DNA of 40,688 bases from an uncultured Bacteroidota bacterium (GTDB lineage: Bacteria; Bacteroidota; Bacteroidia; Chitinophagales; Saprospiraceae), in assembly GCA_937926185.1 (NCBI GenBank), contig CALEYM010000483.1, positions 1 to 40,688 of the forward strand, in the 5' to 3' direction. A program made the translations under genes and the position numbers. Shown piece after piece: positions 16,065-23,698 of the stretch. The first letter of the stretch is position 1, and every line of letters begins with the position of its first letter. The notes under the pieces are model-generated. The model was not told where the DNA came from and searched no databases. It saw only the letters and a list, made by a program, of their open reading frames with translations.

Positions 16065-16451
16065 TTAATTTAGCTTAAACGGCGCCACCATTTTAAATTC
16101 CGGGATACTGGCCTCGAAAAGGGACTGATCGTCCAAACGGGTCATCAGGTAAGTCCCTGACATTTTGCCAATTTCGGTATCGAGGTTGCAGAAGGAGGAG
16201 TAACCGTGTACCTCGCCTGGCCCCAGCACGGGTTGCAGGCCCACTACGCCGTCGCCTTCCACTTCGCGCATGGTTCCGCTGGAATCGACGATCACCCAAT
16301 GACGGCGCAGGAGCTGAACGGTGTACGGGCTGCCGTTTTCGATGGTGATATGATAGCCGTAAATAAATTTCCCTTCCCGGGGATTCGAATGTGCCGCGAG
16401 GTATTCCGTTTCTACGCTAACGGTGATGTTGTTGGTGGTGAGCGTTTCCAT
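16065..16451 (-). CDS. apaG: ApaG (DUF525) protein
   Basis: It is 128 aa. Motifs are YHITIENGSPYTVQLLRRHWVI and GDGVVGLQPVLGPGEVHGYSS, characteristic of ApaG. Confidence 0.85.
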   Translation of the reverse strand: METLTTNNITVSVETEYLAAHSNPREGKFIYGYHITIENGSPYTVQLLRRHWVIVDSSGTMREVEGDGVVGLQPVLGPGEVHGYSSFCNLDTEIGKMSGTYLMTRLDDQSLFEASIPEFKMVAPFKLN

Positions 16452-16531
16452 CGTGGGAAAAATTACCTGGCAAAGGTGTGTAAAATGTAGCGTTCGGCGA
16501 AATTATTTAACGCTTTGCCCCAAGAAACGAC

Positions 16532-16565
16532 AAAAAAGCCGAGGCCGGACGTTTCCGGCTCGGCT
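16532..16565 (-). terminator. Rho-independent terminator for the 16701-17666 gene
   Basis: On the minus strand a stem of about 12 bp (agccgagccgga / tccggcctcggct, one bulge) is followed by TTTTTT (A-run 16532-16537 on the plus strand). Confidence 0.65.
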
Positions 16566-16601
16566 TATACGAAATTACTAAACACGGGTAATCTTTGTAG
16601 G

Positions 16602-16707
16602 GGGTTTATGAGGGTTTATGAGGGTTTATGAGGGTTTATGAGGGTTTATGAGGGTTTAGAGGGTTTAGAGGGTTTAGAGGGTTTATGAGGTTTAGAAGGT
16701 TTAGAGG
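16602..16707 (+). repeat. Tandem array: 5x GGGTTTATGA, 3x GGGTTTAGA, then 3 degenerate units
   Basis: The units can be read directly. The array overlaps the stop codon and last two codons of the minus-strand gene ending at 16701. It fills the 3' UTR before the terminator. Confidence 0.95.
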
Positions 16708-17666
16708 GATTTGATGAACGACAGGACTTCCTTGTCGGTTTGGGGTTGGGGGGCGACGGGGAGGTTGGCATTTTGGCCCAGTTCCCAGGGTTTTTGCGCC
16801 AGCCAGTACTGACCGCCGGTCTTACTCACCACCACAATCTTCACCGGGTAGCCGACGGGCGCTTCGTCGAAGCAAAAGGTTGACGTATTGTCCTCCCCTT
16901 TCATTTCAGCCACGGAGCGGATGTTATCGAACACTAAAAACGCCCGGGTGTTGAGTGCGCTGAACTGTTCGGGAAGCGTAACGCAAAACTGCGCCGTTTG
17001 TTCGACGACGGGCCGGGCACAATTGCTCCAACCCAGTTGAGCGATGAGTTCGTAGCCGGTTTGCTGTACGCCGCCGCCGAGGGGCCATTCGGCCCAAAAA
17101 GCCGCGGAACCAGTGCCATTCCAGCCCGTGAGATTGTTTGCCCCGTCGGTTGCGCCGGTGAAAACTTCCATGCCCGACTGTACCGCTGGCGCCGGTATCT
17201 GAACTTTGATGTAGCGGCCCGGCAACAACTGTAACATTTTCCCCTGACAGGTCGCCTGTACTTGCACGGCGCCCGCGCTTTCGAGCATTTGCCCATTGGG
17301 CGTGGCAACGGTAGGCAAGCGACGGGCCATCAGATCGCCTTTGCTCAATACCGTGGTAACGGCGATTTTCAGGTCAGGGCAAGAACTGCAAGGGACCGGC
17401 GTACCGGCGTCGTCGGCAAACAAATTTTCAGTGTCTGCCAGAAACACCCGCACGCCGCTTGCAGTAGTTAGTGTTGTGTCCGGGATAGAGCCCCCGAAAG
17501 GAAATACCGTGTGGGTGGAAGGCCCCGGCGCCTGCTGAAACAACAGGCTGAGATCTTCCTGGGCAGGCGTGTAGGGAAGAAACTTCTCCACATCCTTGCG
17601 ACAACCCCACACTGTTGTCAGTGTGCTTAGTAACAGGTATAGTAATGTTTTTTGCAAATGACTCAT
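16701..17666 (-). CDS. Hypothetical lipoprotein
   Basis: It has a signal peptide with a lipobox (LSTLTTVWGC-RKD). It is a 321-aa clean ORF with no recognised domain. Confidence 0.6.
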   Translation of the reverse strand: MSHLQKTLLYLLLSTLTTVWGCRKDVEKFLPYTPAQEDLSLLFQQAPGPSTHTVFPFGGSIPDTTLTTASGVRVFLADTENLFADDAGTPVPCSSCPDLKIAVTTVLSKGDLMARRLPTVATPNGQMLESAGAVQVQATCQGKMLQLLPGRYIKVQIPAPAVQSGMEVFTGATDGANNLTGWNGTGSAAFWAEWPLGGGVQQTGYELIAQLGWSNCARPVVEQTAQFCVTLPEQFSALNTRAFLVFDNIRSVAEMKGEDNTSTFCFDEAPVGYPVKIVVVSKTGGQYWLAQKPWELGQNANLPVAPQPQTDKEVLSFIKSL

Positions 17667-17713
17667 AAGCTTTACAGGTTTGCGGAATTATAATGTGGTT
17701 ATATGGTTTCTGC

Positions 17714-17747
17714 AGACTTTCCAGGTTTTGAAAAACCTGGAAAGTCT
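17714..17747. repeat. Palindromic unit, copy 3 (AGACTTTCCAGGTTTTGAAAAACCTGGAAAGTCT)
   Basis: The 15-bp arms are near-identical to 256-288, including the flanks. It sits 47 nt upstream of the start codon at 17666. Confidence 0.85.
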
Positions 17748-17751
17748 AAAC

Positions 17752-17782
17752 CGTATCACTTCGGAGATACGCCCTTTTTTTT
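17752..17782 (+). terminator. Terminator-like hairpin plus T8 tract on the plus strand, with no upstream plus-strand gene
   Basis: The stem is cgtatc(17752-57)/gatacg(17766-71), followed by ccc and TTTTTTTT (17775-82). It is oriented for the plus strand, although both flanking genes are on the minus strand. Confidence 0.3.
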
Positions 17783-17862
17783 GTCCGCTGCTTATTCATA
17801 AAAATTTAACTATTCCCCAAATTGCTGAAATCCGTTCCGGGGGCTTGTTCAATCCGCAATCC

Positions 17863-19263
17863 CTACTCCACATCCAATATTTTTGTTAAACCAAACCTGA
17901 TTCCTCCGATGCCATACGATTGTTTCACAGGGTAGCCAGGTTTGGTCACCGGCTCCAGGATGTGCCGGTAATAAGGCTCGGCAAACAGGCGTGTTTTCGG
18001 GCCCAGGTGATAATACCACTGAATACTGCCCAGCAAGCTCAACCCTACACGGGGCTGGAACACATCGAACTGGCGTTTATCCGGGGTAAACCTGGCCGGT
18101 TTTCCGTCCGTATCCAGCATGCTGCCCCGTTTCCAGAACAATATATTGACGGAGCCGCCCAGGTTCAGACTGATACCGGTGGGGCCGTTGCGAAGTTCCA
18201 ACGCTGCCTGGAGCGGAATGTCGAGCAGGCCGAACCGGTTATAGGTTTTGACGTAGTTGGCGCCGTATTCGATAACCGTATCCGTTACTGTCACCCACTG
18301 GCCGTTAACCAATTGTTGTTTGATACGAATTGTGGTGTTGATAAAGTTCGGATCGATGTATTCGAATTTTTCGGTAAACTGGTCGTAATGCAATCCGGTG
18401 CGAATGATAAAGTTTTCGGCAAACAGGTAGGACGCCCGTATGCCGGCATTAAAGGCGATTTCCTGCCGTTCGGTTTGAAGCCGGTCGGCTATATAATCTT
18501 TGTACTCGGGATTGCCGGTTTCGAGTGATTTGCGCACCAGTGAAGGCCCGGCATAAGCGTCGAGCAGCCATGCCTGGCGGTTGGTGTGAAAGTCGTAGCA
18601 TTTTTTGGCTGCTTTCTTTTTACTCACTCCCGGATACGCCGAAGGCATTTCCGGTTCGCGTAGCCGGGTATCGAGCGCCGCCAGAGGGTGCGGCAACAGC
18701 TTTAGGGCATTGTTTTGGATGAGTAAGTCTGACGGTGCGGCGACAGCCGGTTGGTCGGTTTTCCCGGGCGTTTCCGGCTGGTGGTTCGCCGCGGCAGATG
18801 CCGGGGGGGGAGTGGCCGGGGAGGTTTCAGGAAGAAGGATGGAAGGGGCCGGCGTTTGCGCATACTTGCCGGCGCCTTTGTTGATGGATTGCGCCGTAGT
18901 TTTCGGGGTTTCCGGTGCAGAAACAGGGGCAAGAGCGGGTTTTACCGTTATGGGTTGTTGTGTCTGTTCATTTGCCGGAGCAGCCGGGATAGTTGTCTGC
19001 GGAAGCGCAGGTATTGCCGGCTGTATGGCCCGGGCGGGCTGCTCCGTTGCGGGGATAGTTTCCGCATGGGTAAAAGGGCGGCTCCAAACCGTCCAGATAC
19101 CGGCCCCGGCCAGCCCGGCGGCCAGAAACCACAGGAAAAAACGGCGTTTCCGGCGGCGCAGCGCGCGCTCCACGTTGGGCCACACGAACGGCGGAGGCGG
19201 GACGTCCGCATCGTGCAGGCGCCGGTTCAACAGTTCATCGATGTTATTTATCGGGCGATCCAT
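17863..19263 (-). CDS. Putative anti-sigma factor: short cytoplasmic N-terminus, one TM helix, Pro/Ala-rich linker and a beta-barrel-like C-terminal domain
   Basis: It begins 2 nt after the ECF sigma stop. The TM segment is FFLWFLAAGLAGAGIWTVW. A low-complexity PA-rich region of about 150 aa follows. The C-terminal 250 aa or so have alternating beta-strand-like patterns (IRASYLF, GLHYDQF, ISLNLGGSVNILF, VGLSLLGSIQWYY, GIGGIRFGL). Confidence 0.55.
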   Translation of the reverse strand: MDRPINNIDELLNRRLHDADVPPPPFVWPNVERALRRRKRRFFLWFLAAGLAGAGIWTVWSRPFTHAETIPATEQPARAIQPAIPALPQTTIPAAPANEQTQQPITVKPALAPVSAPETPKTTAQSINKGAGKYAQTPAPSILLPETSPATPPPASAAANHQPETPGKTDQPAVAAPSDLLIQNNALKLLPHPLAALDTRLREPEMPSAYPGVSKKKAAKKCYDFHTNRQAWLLDAYAGPSLVRKSLETGNPEYKDYIADRLQTERQEIAFNAGIRASYLFAENFIIRTGLHYDQFTEKFEYIDPNFINTTIRIKQQLVNGQWVTVTDTVIEYGANYVKTYNRFGLLDIPLQAALELRNGPTGISLNLGGSVNILFWKRGSMLDTDGKPARFTPDKRQFDVFQPRVGLSLLGSIQWYYHLGPKTRLFAEPYYRHILEPVTKPGYPVKQSYGIGGIRFGLTKILDVE

Positions 19264-19265
19264 TT

Positions 19266-19814
19266 TTAAACTTCTATTTTAGGGCGTATTTGATGTAAAA
19301 TTTCCAGTTGTTCGCACAGCCAGCGCCGGGCCTTGGTCAGTTGGGAGCGGGAAGTACTTTCCTGAATATTCAGCATTTCTGCCACTTCGCCGTGCGAATA
19401 CCCTTCGATTGCCACGAGGTTGAACACCACGCGATAACCGTCGGGCAAGCGGCTGATCAGGCGCAGCAATTCGGCTTCCGACAGGTTCGATATAGCGTCC
19501 GGGTCGACCGGCGATTCCGGCAGGTGCTCGTATCCGCTGGATTCGTGATCGAACCGCTGCCGCTGGTAAGCGCGCAGGGCGGTATTCACCATGATCCGGC
19601 GCACCCAACCTTCAAAGGAACCCTGAAACTGGAATTGGTCCAGTTTCGTGAATACTTTGACAAAACCTTCCTGCAGGATATCCGCCGCATCCGATGTCGA
19701 GCGGGCATAGCGCAGGCATACCGCGTACATCTTGCCGGCAAACTGCTCGTACAATTGTCGCTGGCATTGCGCGGACCCGCGCAGACAACCCCGTATAAGT
19801 TCTTGTTCGCTCAA
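19266..19814 (-). CDS. ECF-type RNA polymerase sigma-70 factor
   Basis: The region 2 motif is DAADILQEGFVKVF...WVRRIMVNT. The region 4 helix-turn-helix is VFNLVAIEGYSHGEVAEMLNIQESTSRSQLTKARRWL. It is 182 aa. Confidence 0.9.
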   Translation of the reverse strand: MSEQELIRGCLRGSAQCQRQLYEQFAGKMYAVCLRYARSTSDAADILQEGFVKVFTKLDQFQFQGSFEGWVRRIMVNTALRAYQRQRFDHESSGYEHLPESPVDPDAISNLSEAELLRLISRLPDGYRVVFNLVAIEGYSHGEVAEMLNIQESTSRSQLTKARRWLCEQLEILHQIRPKIEV

Positions 19815-19998
19815 AAAATTCGGGCGGTTACGATGACGGCTTATGTTTGGCTTTCAGCACGGGGGCGGAATTGTCCCGAAGGTACGCCTTGAGGAGATAC
19901 AAGGCAACGTTTTTTTGCTGCCTGTTCGTTTATTTTTTGCAAAAAATGGCGGAACCCACTCGTCCGACGACTCAAAGCCGTCGGACGAATAACTGTTT

Positions 19999-21207
19999 CT
20001 ACTGCACCTCCTTCGGATAACAAACAAAATACTTGGTCACTTCCTGGGTGTACAGCGGCACGTCCGAACATTCGTCGATGGGCAGCACTCTGCCGTCCTT
20101 GAACAGGATTTTGATCTGCTCCTGGGTGTCGTCGTAGGCGCGGTTGCTTTCGCGGCCGTCGAAAACGAGGTGTTCCAGCGGGACAGTGGGGCCGAAAAAG
20201 AGAGCGGTTTTTTGCCGGATGGCGTCGATATATTCCGGCTCTACCGGTACGCTGCGCCATTCAAGGCGGAACAATTTCCGGTCGAGCAGGCCGGAGGACA
20301 GGTATGATAACACAAAATCGGCGGATTCGCGCCAGGCCTTGATGGCCGCCGCGATGTCCACGTCGTCGAGTTGGGAAAAATGGTCGAGTTGTTCCTCAAC
20401 CAGAGGTTGCTCTGCCGGATCTCGGTATAAAAACCAGCGCAGGTGTTTCGAAGCTTCCAGTTCCACGCCGTTCAGGGCCAGCTCGCGGGCGCGGCGCAGG
20501 AGGTGGATGACCATGTGCTCCGCCGACACGTTGGTTTTGTGCAGGTACACCTGCCAGTACATCAGCCGGCGCGCGATCAGGAATTTTTCGATGCTGTAAA
20601 TGCCTTTTTCTTCCACCACCAGTTCGCCTTCATGCACGGCCAGCATTTTGATGATCCGGTCGTAACCAATGACGCCTTCCGAGACGCCGGTGAAAAAACT
20701 GTCGCGGTTCAGGTAATCCATCCTGTCCATGTCGAGTTGGCCGGATACGAGCTGATGCAGGAATTTTTTGGGGTACCGGTCGGCGAAAATATCAATAGCC
20801 AGCGTCAGGCTTCCGTTGAAATGGCGGTTGAGCGCTTCCATGAACAGCAGCGACAGTTGCTCGTGGTGCAAATCGACGATGGTATGCTCCAGCGCGTGCG
20901 AATACGGCCCGTGGCCGATGTCGTGCAGCAGGATGGCCACGCAAGCGGCCTCCGCTTCTTCTTCTGTGATATCCGTTCCTTTACTGCGCAACAATTCTAT
21001 CGCCTGTTGCATCAGGTGCAATGCGCCGAGTGCGTGGTGAAAACGCGTATGCAGTGCGCCGGGATACACGTAATGCGCCAGGCCTACCTGCTTGATCCGC
21101 CGCAGGCGCTGGAAGTACGGGTGGTCGGCCAGCTCGAGCAGCAGGCCGTGGGGCACGGAAACAAAACCGTAGACCGGATCGTTGAAAATTTTGAGTTTAT
21201 TATTCAT
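19999..21207 (-). CDS. HD-domain phosphohydrolase (dNTP triphosphohydrolase-like / SAMHD1-like fold)
   Basis: Motifs are FNDPVYGFV, FQRLRRIKQ, TRFHHALGA, LLHDIGHGPYSHALE and DMDRMDYLNRD. Confidence 0.85.
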   Translation of the reverse strand: MNNKLKIFNDPVYGFVSVPHGLLLELADHPYFQRLRRIKQVGLAHYVYPGALHTRFHHALGALHLMQQAIELLRSKGTDITEEEAEAACVAILLHDIGHGPYSHALEHTIVDLHHEQLSLLFMEALNRHFNGSLTLAIDIFADRYPKKFLHQLVSGQLDMDRMDYLNRDSFFTGVSEGVIGYDRIIKMLAVHEGELVVEEKGIYSIEKFLIARRLMYWQVYLHKTNVSAEHMVIHLLRRARELALNGVELEASKHLRWFLYRDPAEQPLVEEQLDHFSQLDDVDIAAAIKAWRESADFVLSYLSSGLLDRKLFRLEWRSVPVEPEYIDAIRQKTALFFGPTVPLEHLVFDGRESNRAYDDTQEQIKILFKDGRVLPIDECSDVPLYTQEVTKYFVCYPKEVQ

Positions 21208-21314
21208 AGCATTTCTGCAAAGGTGCGAATTTGCAATACGGGTACGGTTTTGGAAGCATAATTTTTATGTAACGCCGTTTAACACCTACCTTCGCCGAAT
21301 ATTAAAAATCGAAC

Positions 21315-22874
21315 ATGGATAAAATCAAAATACTCTGGGCCGACGACGAGATTGACATGCTCAAGCCCCATTTAATGTTTCTGCAAGCCAAAGGATACGA
21401 GGTACTGACGGCTACCAATGGCCACGACGCGGTGGAAATTTACTTAGAACAGGCCAACGACATCGACGTTATTTTCCTCGACGAAAGTATGCCCGGCCTC
21501 ACGGGCCTCGAAGCCCTGCCGAAAATCAAGGAGATCAACGCCCACGTACCCGTGGTGATGATTACCAAAAACGAGGCCGAACAGGTAATGGAAGAGGCCA
21601 TCGGCTCCCAGATTTCCGACTACCTCATCAAACCGGTGAACCCGAACCAGATACTGCTGACCCTCAAAAAGATCATCGACAACAAACGCCTCGTGCGCGA
21701 AAAAACCGCGCTCGATTACCAGCAGGACTACCGTCAGATGTTTATGCAAATCACCGGCGGCCTGAACCACGAGGAATGGGTGGAGGCGTACAAACGTATC
21801 GTGAATTGGGAACTGCGTCTCGACGCCAACCAGGCCGAGGTGGGCGACATCCTCTCCCAGCAAAAAGCGCAGGCCAACACCGAGTTCTGCAAATACGTGG
21901 CGAAGAATTATTTCGACTGGGTGGATAAAAACAAAGAAGTCGGCCCCATCATGTCGCATTCGTTGCTGCGCAAACGGGTATTCCCCCATATCGCGCAAGG
22001 CGCCCCGACGATTCTGGTACTGCTCGACAACCTGCGCTACGACCAGTGGAAGGTCATCGAGCCGTTTATGAATGAAATGTTCCGGACGGAAAACGAAAGC
22101 TATTTTTTCAGCATCCTGCCCACGGCCACGCAGTACAGCCGAAACGCCATTTTTGCCGGCATGATGCCCGCCGATATCGAACTGGCTTTCCCTGACAAGT
22201 GGAAAAACGACATCGACGAGGGCGGAAAAAACCTCGCAGAGGATTTTTTCCTCGGCAAACAGATCGACCGCGTGTTCCGCAAAGGCATTAAATGGGATTA
22301 TGTAAAAGTAACCAACGTGAACCACGGCAAGGAACTGAACGACAACATCCTGCACTACCTGAACAACGACCTGACGGTGATCGTGTACAACTTCATCGAC
22401 ATGCTCTCCCACGCCCGCACCGAAATGGAAGTGCTGAAGGAACTGGCCGGCGACGAGCGCGCCTACCGCTCGCTCACGCGTTCCTGGTTCCTGCACAGCC
22501 CGCTGTGGACGGCTCTGCAGCGCCTCGAAGGCCGCGACGTGCAGCTGTTCGTCACCACCGACCACGGCACCATTCGTGTACAATCGCCCTCCCGCGTGGT
22601 GGGCGACCGCGAAACCACCACCAACCTGCGTTACAAGGTGGGCCGCAACCTTCAGTTTGAAGCCAGGGACGTACTTGCCGTGCGCGAGCCCAAGCAGGCC
22701 GGGTTGCCCCGGCCCAATGTGAGTTCCACCTTTATTTTTGCCAAGGAAGATTACTTTTTCCTCTACCCGAACAATTACAACCAGTTCAACAACTACTACC
22801 GGAATACTTTCCAGCACGGCGGGATTTCGCTGGAGGAGATGATCTGTCCGGTAGTGCGGTTGAGGTCGAAGTGA
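21315..22874 (+). CDS. porX: PorX-type response regulator (receiver domain fused to a PglZ / alkaline-phosphatase-like domain)
   Basis: The N-terminal receiver reads KILWADDE...VIFLDESMPGLTG...MITK. The long C-terminal domain has YNFIDMLSHAR and TTDHGT motifs typical of PglZ. At 519 aa it matches the T9SS regulator PorX. Confidence 0.7.
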   Translation: MDKIKILWADDEIDMLKPHLMFLQAKGYEVLTATNGHDAVEIYLEQANDIDVIFLDESMPGLTGLEALPKIKEINAHVPVVMITKNEAEQVMEEAIGSQISDYLIKPVNPNQILLTLKKIIDNKRLVREKTALDYQQDYRQMFMQITGGLNHEEWVEAYKRIVNWELRLDANQAEVGDILSQQKAQANTEFCKYVAKNYFDWVDKNKEVGPIMSHSLLRKRVFPHIAQGAPTILVLLDNLRYDQWKVIEPFMNEMFRTENESYFFSILPTATQYSRNAIFAGMMPADIELAFPDKWKNDIDEGGKNLAEDFFLGKQIDRVFRKGIKWDYVKVTNVNHGKELNDNILHYLNNDLTVIVYNFIDMLSHARTEMEVLKELAGDERAYRSLTRSWFLHSPLWTALQRLEGRDVQLFVTTDHGTIRVQSPSRVVGDRETTTNLRYKVGRNLQFEARDVLAVREPKQAGLPRPNVSSTFIFAKEDYFFLYPNNYNQFNNYYRNTFQHGGISLEEMICPVVRLRSK

Positions 22875-23133
22875 AGCATGTATTTCAGGATTGTGTTCAG
22901 GCAAAGTCTTACAGAATTGGGCCGATACCCCTAAAGTTTATTTATTGTGATGTCTGCCTTTGGGCGAAGGCTATTCCCGCGATACCAGCGGGTATCCTGA
23001 TCCGACGGATTTTATAAGAAAGTTCAGGCCCAAAAAATGAGCGTGTTCAGTTCTCAGTATCCAGCGGTCAGAATTGCCCTGATTGTCCAGGGGTTACGGA
23101 CCACTGGACACTAAAAACAGAACACCTCTTTAT

Positions 23134-23673
23134 TTACTGCACTTTCACCACAAACTCCGCCTCCGCATCCACGTCGCCCGTGGTGTCTGGATTAGCGGCG
23201 TCTTTATCGGGTTCGTGGCGCAGGGATACCTTAACCGTCCCGTTTGAGGCAGCGGCGGTTGTCCAGACGGTTTTCAGCCGGAATGGTTTGCCGTTGTCGT
23301 CGGTATCGGCGGCCGCTATGGTGAGGTTAGCGCCGCTTACGCTGTACACCAGCAGGTGTTCGGCATTCTCCGTCTCCACTTCTTCCGTGATGTCTTCTTC
23401 GGGCGTTTTGCTGCGGTCGTAAAAAAAGACCTGGCAGTTGAAAGTTTTACCGGCAGGTATGATAATCTCGTCGATCACGGGGGCCGCGCCGCCGTCGCCG
23501 TCGCGGTCGTCCCATTCGAACTCTTGTTCAAAACTTCCGTCGGTGGCTGTTAAATGCACGACGACGGTAGTGATCAGTTCCTGTTCGGTGTCCTTGTCCT
23601 TTTTACAGGAAACAAGAGCGATGGTCAGCAGCAGGGCTGCCAGGATGTGTACTTTCAAGAGTTGTGTTTGCAT
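23134..23673 (-). CDS. Small acidic lipoprotein, last gene of the TonB-dependent receptor operon
   Basis: I chose the internal ATG at 23673 (MQTQLLKVHILAALLLTIALVSC-KKD, lipobox). This removes the overlap with the receptor gene. The protein is Asp/Glu-rich (FEWDDRDGDGG, TDDNGKPF). Confidence 0.6.
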   Translation of the reverse strand: MQTQLLKVHILAALLLTIALVSCKKDKDTEQELITTVVVHLTATDGSFEQEFEWDDRDGDGGAAPVIDEIIIPAGKTFNCQVFFYDRSKTPEEDITEEVETENAEHLLVYSVSGANLTIAAADTDDNGKPFRLKTVWTTAAASNGTVKVSLRHEPDKDAANPDTTGDVDAEAEFVVKVQ

Positions 23674-23698
23674 GACAAAATTGTTTCGGTAAAAAAAT

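Noticed and set aside
16381-16391. GGATTCGAATG, resembling a tRNA T-arm
   Set aside because: It lies inside the well-supported apaG coding sequence. No acceptor or anticodon stems could be built around it.
16602-16707. Possible CRISPR array
   Set aside because: The units are 9-10 nt and directly abutting, with no spacers, and there are no cas genes in the window. It is a simple tandem repeat.
21444-22904. 486-aa ORF antisense to porX, and similar long antisense ORFs (36531-37733, 24098-25276, 38131-39222, 31519-32517, 27846-28718, 13346-14215, 20443-21261, 3732-4523, 505-1077, 1560-2450)
   Set aside because: Each is the mirror frame of a gene with strong family motifs. Their translations are Arg/Gly/Ala/His-rich low-complexity sequence typical of stop-poor antisense frames in GC-rich DNA, and none shows a recognisable motif.
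22875-23133. 259-bp non-coding gap after porX as a possible ncRNA or riboswitch
   Set aside because: Only short nested hairpins (tgtccag/ctggaca, gtgttc/gaacac, gatacc/ggtatc) are visible. I recognise no conserved motif, and the gap lies between convergent genes, where terminators are expected.
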